A stretch of DNA of 64,000 nt from an uncultured Verrucomicrobiae bacterium. GTDB lineage: Bacteria; Verrucomicrobiota; Verrucomicrobiia; Limisphaerales; Palsa-1400. Shown piece after piece: positions 19,337 to 28,905 of the stretch. Position numbers and translations under genes: made by a program. Every line of letters starts with the position of its first letter. The first letter of the stretch is position 1. The notes beneath the pieces were generated by a model. The model saw only the letters and a list, made by a program, of their open reading frames with translations, did not search any database and had not been told where the DNA came from. The stretch spans positions 1,696,001-1,760,000 of the forward strand of contig CAVXRD010000002.1 in NCBI GenBank assembly GCA_963764165.1, in the 5' to 3' direction.

Positions 19337-20751
19337 GAGGCGATTTCGAGGGCGCGGCGTTTGTAAAGAAACTCGAACATGTTGCCCTCGTGCGGCTGGT
19401 CCCACGAGACGGTCATGGTGGAAATCGGGCCAAGATTGAGCCGCTCGATCAGCGGCGTTTCCACCAATTGCGAAATAAATGACTCGTCGCGCGTGATGGC
19501 CGTGACCGCCAGCGAAGGCCCGATTTTTTCGAGCATCGCGGATTGCGGCACCGTCACGACGCTGGCGTAGGGGCAGAGAAATTCGCGATTGGCCAGCGGA
19601 TGTTCGATTGAATCGCACAGCACAATGGTGGGCCGCAGATAAAATCCGCCCTCGAATTGAACTTTGCGCGGCCCGTTGCGAAATTCAGCCGTGACGTCGC
19701 GCGCGCCGGGCGTTTTCAATCCGTCCTCGATGCTGCTGTCAATAAAATCCGCCATTTTGAGATTGGCGAATCCGGCCAGCCGCGCGTTCGGATCCGCCGC
19801 GGGCAATGGCGCTACGGGGCCCAATTTCCGAGACAGCGCCTCGGATATCTCTTTCGCGTATTTCGGCACGACAACAGCGGAGGCGTTGATGCAACTGCGC
19901 CCGCCGTTGTCCGAAATCGCCGAGACCAACAAATCAATAAATTCCGGCCAGCGCTCGATTTGATCATCGCCGATCAGGATTTTGCTGTAGCCCGGCCCGT
20001 GGATTTGAATGGCCGGATTGTTCGCGTAGGCGGAAGTCGTATTCTTGTCGCCGAAGATCAAAGCCCGTCCGCTGCCGCGCAAAATTTCGGCCGCGCCTTC
20101 GTGATCGGTCGGATAAAAGCCAAAGGCTTCGGCGGGGCAGCCGGCGGCGATGAAGGCTTGAATCAACCGAAACGGCGTCCACGGCTCCTCGCGCCCGGGC
20201 TTGATGACGACGGGAATTTTCAGCGGAATCGCGGGCAGCCACAGGGAATTCACCGCCGGAGAATTGCTAGGCATGACCAGTCCGAGGCAGCGGGCGGTTG
20301 GATAAAAACTGATGCGATCCGCAAAACCTTTGTCGAGCACTGTCAAATCAAGCCCACGCGTCAGGCCATTCAAAATGGCGGGCATGTTGGAGAGCGCGGC
20401 GTTGATTTTCGCCATGTTCCTCCGCACCATCACATGCGGCAATCCGCTGCTGGCCGAGAGCGATTCCAGATATTGAGCGGGCGACTGCGTGCCGCCTTCG
20501 CCAAGCGGCAATGTGCCTTCCAGAAAAAGCTTTCCCGCCTCGGCGCAAATATCGAGCAGCCGCGCGACGGGAATTTTTTTGAGGGACGCGCGCGCATCGC
20601 TCATGCGCGACAAATCCTTGCGCACGATTCCGCCATTGACCTGGCTGAGAGTGGCGAGAACAGCGCCGGTGCGGCAGTCGACGATGTTGCTGCGATCAAG
20701 GCTCTCGTAAGCCCGCCCGCGCCGCAAAGCTGGAATGTGAGAACTCGTCAT
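19333..20751 (-). CDS. Aldehyde dehydrogenase-fold protein, GriD/EhpG-like
   Basis: PSNSP, IKPG, HGPGYSK, GGRSCINAS (catalytic Cys), REFLCP; ATG at 20751. Confidence 0.8.
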   Translation of the reverse strand: MTSSHIPALRRGRAYESLDRSNIVDCRTGAVLATLSQVNGGIVRKDLSRMSDARASLKKIPVARLLDICAEAGKLFLEGTLPLGEGGTQSPAQYLESLSASSGLPHVMVRRNMAKINAALSNMPAILNGLTRGLDLTVLDKGFADRISFYPTARCLGLVMPSNSPAVNSLWLPAIPLKIPVVIKPGREEPWTPFRLIQAFIAAGCPAEAFGFYPTDHEGAAEILRGSGRALIFGDKNTTSAYANNPAIQIHGPGYSKILIGDDQIERWPEFIDLLVSAISDNGGRSCINASAVVVPKYAKEISEALSRKLGPVAPLPAADPNARLAGFANLKMADFIDSSIEDGLKTPGARDVTAEFRNGPRKVQFEGGFYLRPTIVLCDSIEHPLANREFLCPYASVVTVPQSAMLEKIGPSLAVTAITRDESFISQLVETPLIERLNLGPISTMTVSWDQPHEGNMFEFLYKRRALEIAS

Positions 20752-20814
20752 CGCAAATCCATTGCCTGCAAGATATAGTGAATGCCGCTCATTGCCAGTG
20801 AGTTTTTTTATCAA

Positions 20815-20909
20815 GCGCGGCTGTGTCGAAGACCAGCCGCAGCGCGTCGCAGCGTCGGGCGCGCCGGTCAATTCCACTTTGCTGCGGATGGTCTTCGACA
20901 CAGCCGCGC
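20815..20909. repeat. REP-like family F inverted pair
   Basis: Arms 20815-20843 and 20881-20909 are complementary at 28/29; a related copy is at 32575-32668. Confidence 0.85.
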
Positions 20910-21005
20910 GACGGAGACGCGGGCAAAGATTAAGCAAGGCACGGCGCCGCCCTACCGAGTTCATGGGTTCAATGCGCGAACATCGCTGGGGGGAATTCTC
21001 ACCCC

Positions 21006-21033
21006 GGACACCTCGGCGAGGCGTCCCTGCCTT
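21006..21033. repeat. REP family A, single copy
   Basis: ggacacctcggcgaggcgtccctgcctt. Confidence 0.8.
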
Positions 21034-22413
21034 TCAAGTGGCGGCTGAGAATTTCGGCAAAGACTTCTTCCATTCCAGCGCAGCGGCGCGCAACCGCTTA
21101 GTCAATTCCGGCTCTTTCTCGGCGAGATTTGTTGTTTCCTTTGGGTCGGCGTCCATGTCGTAAAGTTCGGTGGAGCTTCCGTCGGCGTTGACGAGCAATT
21201 TCCACTTGCCTTCGCGCACGGCGAGGTGCGGGCTGCGATCCTGCGGCGGGCCCGGATAATTGAAAAACTTCGATTCCCTCCCGTATTCCCAGAAAATCGT
21301 TTTGTTGTGCGGGCGCGAATCGGTGAACAGCGCCGCGCTCATGTCTTCGCCGTCGGGCGCGAGGCCGGTGGGAAGCGGGGCGCGGGCGATGCCGCACAAG
21401 GTCGGAAATAGGTCGACCGCCTCCAAGACCGTCTGCTCATCCACCCGCCCGGCTTTCGTGTGGCCGGGCCAGCGGACGATGAACGGCACGCGCACGCCGC
21501 CTTCGTAAAGACTCAATTTGCTGCCGCGCAAATTGCCCGTGCGCTCGCGCTTGAAGGAAGGCAGCGGGCCGTTGTCGCTCGTGAAAATCACCAGCGTGCC
21601 GTCTTCCAGGCCGAGTCTTTTCAAGCCGTCGAAAAGGCGGCCCATTTGAACGTCATATTCCGCCAGCACCTTGCAAAGGTCGCGCCGCTCGGCGGAATTT
21701 GGTTTTTCTTTTTGACGTTGCGCGTCCGGCACCCAAGGGGTGTGAACGTCGTCCGGCCAGAGTTCCACGTAGCACGGTTCGCTTTTATGGCGGCTCAGAA
21801 AATCGAGCGACTTGTCAACAAAGTAGCGCGTGCGCTCCCAGCGTTTGACGGGATCCTTGGGCGACCAAATCCAATCGGTGGCGGTGATGTTCGGATCGGG
21901 CTCGGGGCTTTCATAAGTGCCGGAGTGCTCATCGTAACCATAAGCGCTGAAAGGCGGCGCATTCTTGACATCGCGCCCGCCGCCCATGTGCCATTTGCCG
22001 AAATGGCCGGTGGCGTAACCGGCCGCTTTCATCACGCGCCCGAGCGCCGGGATATTGGTCGGGAGAAAATCCGTCTGCTCGCAATCGCGGTTTTTGGCGC
22101 GGGTGTCGAGGAAGGTCGTGAAATGGTTGCGCGCGGGAAATCTGCCGGTGATGAAGGCCGCCCGCGAAGGCGAACAAATCGGGGCATTGTCGTAGAAGTG
22201 CGTGAAACGAACGCCTTCTTTCGCGAGCCGGTCGATGTTGGGAGTCGGCGCAAGTTTCCCGCCGTAGCAGCTGGGATCGCTGTATCCCATGTCGTCTGTC
22301 AATATGAATACAATATTGGGGCGCCTGATGGCTCCGGGAGATTGGGCGCGGGCAATTCCAACGGCTGCGAACAACAAAACCAGCAGCAGATTCCAACTAC
22401 GGCTTTTCGTCAT
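21034..22413 (-). CDS. Formylglycine-dependent sulfatase (S1), secreted
   Basis: ILTDD, CSPSRAAFITG, GKWH, FTSDNG, YEGGVRVP. Confidence 0.93.
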   Translation of the reverse strand: MTKSRSWNLLLVLLFAAVGIARAQSPGAIRRPNIVFILTDDMGYSDPSCYGGKLAPTPNIDRLAKEGVRFTHFYDNAPICSPSRAAFITGRFPARNHFTTFLDTRAKNRDCEQTDFLPTNIPALGRVMKAAGYATGHFGKWHMGGGRDVKNAPPFSAYGYDEHSGTYESPEPDPNITATDWIWSPKDPVKRWERTRYFVDKSLDFLSRHKSEPCYVELWPDDVHTPWVPDAQRQKEKPNSAERRDLCKVLAEYDVQMGRLFDGLKRLGLEDGTLVIFTSDNGPLPSFKRERTGNLRGSKLSLYEGGVRVPFIVRWPGHTKAGRVDEQTVLEAVDLFPTLCGIARAPLPTGLAPDGEDMSAALFTDSRPHNKTIFWEYGRESKFFNYPGPPQDRSPHLAVREGKWKLLVNADGSSTELYDMDADPKETTNLAEKEPELTKRLRAAALEWKKSLPKFSAAT

Positions 22414-24856
22414 AACGAACAATGGTGAACGAGTTTGGAGGAAAGGTAATCTTGCCATCGGCAGTGAAATCGTCGGTCGACCAAGGCGTGTATTCGGGAT
22501 CGATGTGCGACGGTTCCGAGGCGGTGTTTACCGCGCCCAAATCGCCGAAAATCCGCGTTACCCGGGCAATTGGTTTTTGCGAAGAAATGCCCTGGAGGTG
22601 GACGCCGGATTGAATTGTGTCCGCAGTGGCATTGAGAACCTGCAGTACAAGGGTCTCCCCATTCTCGCTTCGGGTCGCGACGGCTTCAAAACCTGAATTC
22701 GCCCCCGAGACATCGCACTGGACGAGTTCCGGCTGGTAGTTATCCGATAGCATTTGCATGACGAATCCCGGCGGCTGCGCCCAAACTTTCGATGGATTCA
22801 AAAACAGGAGGCCTTGATCCCAGTCGTTGTCATTCTGGCCATCGGGCTGCAAGCCATTGGCGCTCGTGACGATGGGCAGGCGGCCGTCGCGCTCAATGGC
22901 CATGATGGCTTGGGCATTGGCCAGCGCGCGGCGCTGCGCGTGATTGCCGGCGTTCAACTCAAACACCACGACCTTGTGTTTCGCGCCGTCCGCCAGTTTG
23001 TCGAGCGCGTCGCAATACGAAAACATGCCCTCCATCGTATTGTTGCGGCTCCAAGGCTGCTCGGTGTTCACATGAATATCGAACCAGACTTCGCCATCAT
23101 GCTCTTTGGCAAATTTCAATATGCGCTGCTGTCCCGCAAGGGTCGTGAGGTGCGAATCCGCGCCCGTGAAATGGAATGGATCTTCAATCTTTCGCGTGTA
23201 AGCGAAATCGCCGACCACGAGAATCATATTCTTGTCCTTCGCCCAAATCGCCGAGGCGAGGGCCTCGAATTTTTCCGCGTATTCCATGTCCACACGCTCT
23301 TCGTTGCCGAGTTCCATGTAGCGCAAGCGGTAGGGTTCCGGATGTCCGTCATCGGCGCGGTGTCGGGCCCATTCCGAATTGGCCGAGCCTTTCGCGTAAT
23401 CGACGAAGTCGCCCATGTCCGACGGCTTCTCGCTAATATTGAAGTCCGGGATGTATTCAAAACCGGCGGCTTCCGCGAAATTCAGGAAATCCACAATGCC
23501 CCAGCCGTCGCTCGAATAAGGGTGCCAAAGCCCGGAGTAAGGTGGGCGCTGGGCGCGCGGGCCGATCATGTTTTTCCAGCGGTAGCTGTTGGTGTTGACC
23601 ATAGATCCGCCATAGCGCACGACCTTGGTGCCGAGCTTGATCAACCCGTCTGCGACGTCGCGCCGCACGGGCAATCCCTTGAACCGCCCCCAATCTCCCG
23701 GCTGCAGAAACGCGTGGCCGAGGGTCACGGATGATTTGGATTTCTTCAATGTGACAGTGAACCGCCCCGCCGGATCGGTTGCGTCAGGCGTCAAGACGAA
23801 ATCCAGCCTTTGCCAATCCCCCGCTTTCAATTTCAGCGGAGTTTCCGCGTAGATTGGCGAGCCGCTTTTGCTTTCCAGCGCGGCCGTCAATTCCGTGTCC
23901 GCGTCCGCGCGGGCGTAGAAATAGCCTTCGTACGGCTTGCCCGCTTCGAAACTCATTCCCCAACGATTCAAACCGCTGTTGGCAATTCCGACTCTGCCCT
24001 TGCCCGAATGAAACTCCACGAATTGCGCCGTGCTGCTGAACAGGCTGCTGGGCTTGATTTCAAATTTGCCGCGCGCCGTGCCAGATTCGACGGCGTCCCA
24101 CATGCCACTGACTTGCGGCGTGGCGAGCTGCGTGAAAGGAATCGAGGCGGCGGATGTTCCTTCGCCGGCCTTAAGATCGCGGTACATCACCGTGCCGCTC
24201 CAAGGCCGCAGCCCAAATCCGCCGGGTTCCAACGCATGGCCTTCATCGTCATGGCGGAGAATGCTTTTTCCATTTACCGAAATTTCCAGAACGCTTCCGT
24301 GCATGTCCACTTTGAGCTTTATCCACGATCGCAGCGGAACCGCGCACGGCACGTCCTTGATGGGTTCATAATTGTGGCGATGACGGGCCAGCCGCAGCGT
24401 CTGCGTGCGCGGGTCGAGCGAAACTTCGCAGCCGTCAAAAGCGTCCCCGCCATCTCCGGGATGGCTGGCGCGAACAATCAGCCCGCTGTATTCGGCATTC
24501 GCATCCGGGAAGAAAAGCTCCACCGCAATGACGCCGTCATGGATCAGGCTGTCGCAAAAAAGCTTTGGCCCGCCTGACGCGTGAACACGAACAACATGGT
24601 TTGACACGGCCCAATCTCCGCCGAAGGCCTTGAATCCCTGGATGCGCCCGGGCGGCGCGGGTTCCTGAAAGCTCTCGCCATAAATCATCTGGCTGTAAAG
24701 CCCGCCGTAAATCTCGTGATTCACGTCCTCGATGCAAACGCCTGTCAACAACGGGGCGATGGGATGGAGGACGCGGTCGGCGTGAACTTCAATCAGAGGC
24801 TGCCGGGCGTTTGCGGAAATGATTACGGAGAGAAAAGCCGCCCCAATTTTGAGCAA
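22397..24856 (-). CDS. GH51 alpha-L-arabinofuranosidase-like protein with an inserted beta-sandwich (DUF1080-like) domain
   Basis: EDVNHEIYGGLY, RYGG, YRWK, ELGNEE. The true start is probably TTG near 24856; the longer ORF reads through repeats. Confidence 0.8.
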   Translation of the reverse strand: MLKIGAAFLSVIISANARQPLIEVHADRVLHPIAPLLTGVCIEDVNHEIYGGLYSQMIYGESFQEPAPPGRIQGFKAFGGDWAVSNHVVRVHASGGPKLFCDSLIHDGVIAVELFFPDANAEYSGLIVRASHPGDGGDAFDGCEVSLDPRTQTLRLARHRHNYEPIKDVPCAVPLRSWIKLKVDMHGSVLEISVNGKSILRHDDEGHALEPGGFGLRPWSGTVMYRDLKAGEGTSAASIPFTQLATPQVSGMWDAVESGTARGKFEIKPSSLFSSTAQFVEFHSGKGRVGIANSGLNRWGMSFEAGKPYEGYFYARADADTELTAALESKSGSPIYAETPLKLKAGDWQRLDFVLTPDATDPAGRFTVTLKKSKSSVTLGHAFLQPGDWGRFKGLPVRRDVADGLIKLGTKVVRYGGSMVNTNSYRWKNMIGPRAQRPPYSGLWHPYSSDGWGIVDFLNFAEAAGFEYIPDFNISEKPSDMGDFVDYAKGSANSEWARHRADDGHPEPYRLRYMELGNEERVDMEYAEKFEALASAIWAKDKNMILVVGDFAYTRKIEDPFHFTGADSHLTTLAGQQRILKFAKEHDGEVWFDIHVNTEQPWSRNNTMEGMFSYCDALDKLADGAKHKVVVFELNAGNHAQRRALANAQAIMAIERDGRLPIVTSANGLQPDGQNDNDWDQGLLFLNPSKVWAQPPGFVMQMLSDNYQPELVQCDVSGANSGFEAVATRSENGETLVLQVLNATADTIQSGVHLQGISSQKPIARVTRIFGDLGAVNTASEPSHIDPEYTPWSTDDFTADGKITFPPNSFTIVRYDEKP

Positions 24857-24861
24857 ACCGC

Positions 24862-25040
24862 GGTAGGGCGAGGCTCCCGCCGAGCCATTTCCCAGACGTA
24901 GCGCAGGTTTCCAAACCTGCCGTATCGCGGATTTCCAAATCCGCTTGCCGCAACACCGCATGCAGGCTTGGAAGCCTGCGATACAGCAGGTTTGGAAACT
25001 TGCGCTACAAGACACGGCTCGGCGGGAGCCTCGCCCTGCC
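24862..25040. repeat. Nested palindromic repeat: family B arms enclosing a family C inverted pair
   Basis: Outer arms 24862-24886 and 25016-25040; inner arms 24898-24944 and 24962-25008 (gcaggtttccaaacctgc units). Confidence 0.85.
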
Positions 25041-25076
25041 GGGCGTGTCAACCATTTCACGATTCGTGTCAACATA

Positions 25077-25880
25077 TCAATAACCCCCGCGTCCTATCAC
25101 CGGATCGTTATTATCCAAAGGCGTCGTCGCAGCCGGTTTGTTTTCGGCGGCGGCGCGGCGGCGGTATTCATCGAGCATCGCGGCGGTGGCGGTCGCGCCG
25201 AGCCTGGTTGCGCCGAGATCGCGGACGAGAATCAAGCCATCCAAATCGCGCACGCCACCGGCGGCTTTCACTTGCACCTTGGGCGAGCAGGCGGCGCGCA
25301 TCAATTTCAAATCCTCCGCCGTCGCGCCACGATAGCTATATTTGCCGTCCGCGCCTTTGACGAAACCGTAGCCAGTAGAAGTCTTCACCCAATCCGCCCC
25401 GGCCCGCTCGCTGAGCTGGCACAACTTGCGTTTGAAATCGTCGCTGCTCAACCCTGCGCCGCCGACTGTCAAATAGTCGTTCTCGAAAATCACCTTCACC
25501 TTTGCGCCGTGCGAGTGCGCCTCATCGCAAACGGCTTTGATGTCGCGCTCCACGTAATCCCAATCGCCGCCCAGCGCTTTGCCAATGTTGATGACCATGT
25601 CGATTTCGCGCGCGCCGTCGCGGCAGGCCAATCCAGTTTCGTAACGCTTGGATTCCGTCCCGCTGCTGCCGTGCGGAAAACCAATCACTGCGCCGACCAG
25701 CACGTTCGTCCCCGCCAGCAACTCCACAGCGCGTTTGACGAAGTAGGGTTTAATGCAGACCGAGGCGACCGCGTATTTCGCCGCCAGCCGGCAGCCATCC
25801 TCCAATTCGCGATCCGTCATCGTCGGGTGCAGGAGCGAATGATCGATCATTCCCGCCAATTCTTCATAAGTGTATTTCAT
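25077..25880 (-). CDS. deoC: Deoxyribose-phosphate aldolase
   Basis: IDHSLL, GFPHG, EIDMVIN, KVIFE, VKTSTG, VKAAGGVR. Confidence 0.93.
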   Translation of the reverse strand: MKYTYEELAGMIDHSLLHPTMTDRELEDGCRLAAKYAVASVCIKPYFVKRAVELLAGTNVLVGAVIGFPHGSSGTESKRYETGLACRDGAREIDMVINIGKALGGDWDYVERDIKAVCDEAHSHGAKVKVIFENDYLTVGGAGLSSDDFKRKLCQLSERAGADWVKTSTGYGFVKGADGKYSYRGATAEDLKLMRAACSPKVQVKAAGGVRDLDGLILVRDLGATRLGATATAAMLDEYRRRAAAENKPAATTPLDNNDPVIGRGGY

Positions 25881-25892
25881 GCGGAGGGAATT

Positions 25893-26807
25893 TCAGACGA
25901 AGTAGGGAGCGAGGACATTTCGCGCCACTTTGATCGCGCGTTTGCGGCCTTCCAAATCTTTGCCAAACGTATCGTCCTCGACCTCGATGCAAACGGGCCC
26001 GGAATATCCGGTGGCCGTTACCGCCGCCAAAAAGCGCGGCCAATCGATCATGCCGTAACCCGGAATGCGCGGACGATGCCATTGCGACGGAAAGCCAAAC
26101 ACGCCGACCTCATTTAATTGATCCTGGAAAATTTCGACATCCTTCGCGTGCATGTGAAAGAGCTTGCCCGCAAATTCGCTCAGCGGCGAAATGGGATCCA
26201 TGAACATGAAGGCGAAGTGCGACGGGTCGTAATTCAGCCCCAGATTGGGCGAGGAAAGATCGCTGAAAAGCCGCCGCCAAATGACAGGCGAGGTCGCGAT
26301 ATTCTTTCCGCCCGGCCATTCGTTGCGCCCGAACATCATCGGACAGTTTTCGATGCCGATGCGCACGTCGTGATCTTCGGCGAACTTAATGAGCGGCTTC
26401 CAAACTTTGAGAAGGCGCGGCCAATTGTCGTCCACGGTCTTCGTCCAGTCGCGTCCTATAAAAGTATTGACAGTTGAAAGGCCAAGCATCGCCGCCGCCT
26501 CGATCACTTTCTTCAAATGCGCGGCGGTTCGTCTCGATACCGCATCGTCGGGATCGAGGAGATTTGGATAATATCCCAGCGCGCTAATATGGACGCCGTG
26601 CTTTTGAGTGAGCGAGAGGACGTCCTCGGCCTGACTCTTCGTGAATTTCTCGACGTCGATGTGCGTGACGCCCGCAAAGCGCCGCTCCGCCTTGCCGACG
26701 GGCCAGCACATCACTTCCACGGCGGCGAAATGCTGGGCTGCCGCGAAGGCCAGCACTTCCTCCAGCGACACCTCCGGCAAAATCGCCGAAACCAAACCAA
26801 GTTGCAT
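25893..26807 (-). CDS. Sugar phosphate isomerase/epimerase (AP endonuclease 2 TIM barrel)
   Basis: IENC, NYDPSH, HMHAKD, CIEVED. Confidence 0.88.
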   Translation of the reverse strand: MQLGLVSAILPEVSLEEVLAFAAAQHFAAVEVMCWPVGKAERRFAGVTHIDVEKFTKSQAEDVLSLTQKHGVHISALGYYPNLLDPDDAVSRRTAAHLKKVIEAAAMLGLSTVNTFIGRDWTKTVDDNWPRLLKVWKPLIKFAEDHDVRIGIENCPMMFGRNEWPGGKNIATSPVIWRRLFSDLSSPNLGLNYDPSHFAFMFMDPISPLSEFAGKLFHMHAKDVEIFQDQLNEVGVFGFPSQWHRPRIPGYGMIDWPRFLAAVTATGYSGPVCIEVEDDTFGKDLEGRKRAIKVARNVLAPYFV

Positions 26808-26880
26808 GAGGCGACAATAAATGCCGCGCGCGCGAATGGCCAGCTTGGACTCCGGGCGGCGAAATCGGGAAGAGGGGATA

Positions 26881-27050
26881 AATCTGGAACTCAGGAAATC
26901 AGGAAAAGAGACAGATATTGTTCGCTTGTCTGATTTATACGCTGCCGCCGGCTGTACTGACCGCTGGAGTAATTGTATCTAAATACATATTATCTCCCGT
27001 CGTGGGAAATTGACCCTGGCCTCTTTTCCTGATTTCCTGAGTTCCAGATT
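26881..27050. repeat. Perfect 30-bp inverted repeat enclosing 110 bp (family E, MITE/REPIN-like)
   Basis: aatctggaactcaggaaatcaggaaaagag (26881-26910) is the exact reverse complement of 27021-27050. Confidence 0.9.
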
Positions 27051-27112
27051 AAAATCCTCTTTCCCTGATTTTCTTGCCTGTTGGCGGGCGGCGTAGTAAT
27101 TTCTGCGCACTG

Positions 27113-27286
27113 ATGAATAAGTCTATGGATCGGAGCCGCGCGGAAATCGTCATGTTTGCGGCCGCCGCGTTTGGAATTTGGACGTTCGTTTGGTCGATTA
27201 TTCTCACCAATATATGGCTGGGAGCTTTCGCGTTTCTCATCATTTTGAGCGCGCTCATTGCTTTTGCCATTCGGAATGCGGATTAA
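27113..27286 (+). CDS. Small 2-TM membrane protein
   Basis: 57 aa hydrophobic ORF directly upstream of xylB. Confidence 0.45.
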   Translation: MNKSMDRSRAEIVMFAAAAFGIWTFVWSIILTNIWLGAFAFLIILSALIAFAIRNAD

Positions 27287-27307
27287 TCCATTCCGTCCGT
27301 CCCGCTC

Positions 27308-28846
27308 ATGCGCACCCTTGTCATAGGCGTCGATAGCGGCACACAATCCACCAAGGTTCTCGTCGTCAACACCCGCGACGGAGCCGTGGTCGGCGAGTCG
27401 TCGCGCGCTTACGGGCTAATCCCGAATCTTCCGCGCGGCGCGAAGGAACAGCATCCGCGCATCTGGCGCGAGGCCGCCAGCCAGGCGATCAAAGACGCGC
27501 TCAAGCAAGCCAAAGCCACCGCCGCCGAAGTTGCCGCCATCGGCGTCAGCGGCCAGCAGCATGGATTTGTCCCGCTGGATGCGGAAGGAAACGTCATCCG
27601 CCCCGCCAAACTTTGGTGCGACACCTCGACCGATTCCGAATGCAGCCTGATCACCAACAAGCTTGGCGGCGCGCGGGCTGTCATTGAGGAAACCGGCAAT
27701 GCCATCCTGCCCGGTTTCACCGCCTCGAAAATTCTGTGGCTCAAACGCAAGGAACCGAAAAATTATGCGCGCCTCGCCACCGTGCTTTTGCCGCACGACT
27801 ATTTGAATTTCTGGCTGACCGGAAATCGGGTGATGGAATTCGGTGATGCCAGCGGCACTGCTTTGCTGGACATCAAGAAACGACAATGGTCGAAAACGGT
27901 CATTCAGGCCATCGATCCGGAATTGGAGCGCGCGCTGCCAGCGGTCGGGCCAAGCGACCAGCCCGCTGGGACGCTGCAGGAATCCACCGCGCGCGAATTG
28001 GGCTTGAGCGAAAAAGTCCTCGTCAGCGCGGGCGGCGGCGACAACATGATGGGCGCCATCGGCACCGGCAATACGGTGGATGGCGTCGTGACGGCGAGCT
28101 TCGGGACCAGCGGAACCATTTACGCCTGCGCCGAACGGCCTGTCGTTGATCGCGAGGGGGAAATCGCCGGATTCTGCGATTCCACCAACCGCTGGCTCCC
28201 GTTGCTTTGCACGATGAACGTCACCGTCGCCACCGAGATGGTGCGGAATGATTTTGAAATGACGCACGACCGATTCGAAGCCGAAGCGGGCAAGGCTTCC
28301 GCAGGCTCGGATGGGCTGATGCTGCTGCCTTACCTCGAAGGTGAACGCACGCCGAACGTCCCGAACGGCACGGGCGTTTGGTTTGGCGCGAACCCGAAAA
28401 CATTCACCGCCGCCCATTTTGCGCGCGCGGCAATGGAAGGCGTGACGCTCGGGATGAATTATGGTTTGCGGCGATTGCGCCAGCTCGGCGTGAAACCGAA
28501 GCAAATCCGCGTCACCGGAGGCGGCGCGAAATCGAAATTATGGCGGCAGATCATGGCCGACATTTTCGAGGCGGAAGTGGTCACGGTCAAAGTCAGCGAA
28601 GGCGCGGCTTACGGCGCCGCGCTGCAAGCCTTCTGGTGCTGGCGGTTGAAACGCGGCGAGCGAGTCAAGATCAGCGACATCACCGGCCAGTTTGTGCGGC
28701 TTAACAAAAGCGAAACGGCGCGGCCGCGCAAAGAGGAAGCGACCATCTACCGCGAAATGCAGATTATGCAGGACGAGCTTTCGCAGGCATTGCGGCCGGT
28801 TTTCCAGCACCACCATCGCCTGCTCACGACGCGGCTGCGTAAATAG
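27308..28846 (+). CDS. xylB: Xylulokinase
   Basis: GVDSGTQ, SGQQHG, LWCD, GGGDN, GTSG, YLEGERTP, GGGAKS. Confidence 0.92.
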   Translation: MRTLVIGVDSGTQSTKVLVVNTRDGAVVGESSRAYGLIPNLPRGAKEQHPRIWREAASQAIKDALKQAKATAAEVAAIGVSGQQHGFVPLDAEGNVIRPAKLWCDTSTDSECSLITNKLGGARAVIEETGNAILPGFTASKILWLKRKEPKNYARLATVLLPHDYLNFWLTGNRVMEFGDASGTALLDIKKRQWSKTVIQAIDPELERALPAVGPSDQPAGTLQESTARELGLSEKVLVSAGGGDNMMGAIGTGNTVDGVVTASFGTSGTIYACAERPVVDREGEIAGFCDSTNRWLPLLCTMNVTVATEMVRNDFEMTHDRFEAEAGKASAGSDGLMLLPYLEGERTPNVPNGTGVWFGANPKTFTAAHFARAAMEGVTLGMNYGLRRLRQLGVKPKQIRVTGGGAKSKLWRQIMADIFEAEVVTVKVSEGAAYGAALQAFWCWRLKRGERVKISDITGQFVRLNKSETARPRKEEATIYREMQIMQDELSQALRPVFQHHHRLLTTRLRK

Positions 28847-28860
28847 CAGCCGGCGCCGTG

Positions 28861-28905
28861 ATAGGTCCTATAGGTCTTATACGGCTTATAGGTCCTATGG
28901 GACTA
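28861..28905. repeat. 9-bp tandem repeat x5 (family D, consensus ataggtcct)
   Basis: ataggtcct/ataggtctt/atacggctt/ataggtcct/atgggacta. Confidence 0.8.

Noticed and set aside
20752..20964. N-terminal extension of the ALDH ORF
   Set aside because: It reads through the family F repeat; the ALDH-like sequence starts at ATG 20751.
24857..25075. Cys-rich N-terminal extension of the GH51 ORF
   Set aside because: It is a translation of the nested palindromic repeat, not a protein domain.
28861..28905. CRISPR array in the short periodic or palindromic repeats
   Set aside because: Units are 9-bp tandem or inverted doublets without regular unique spacers; no cas genes are present.
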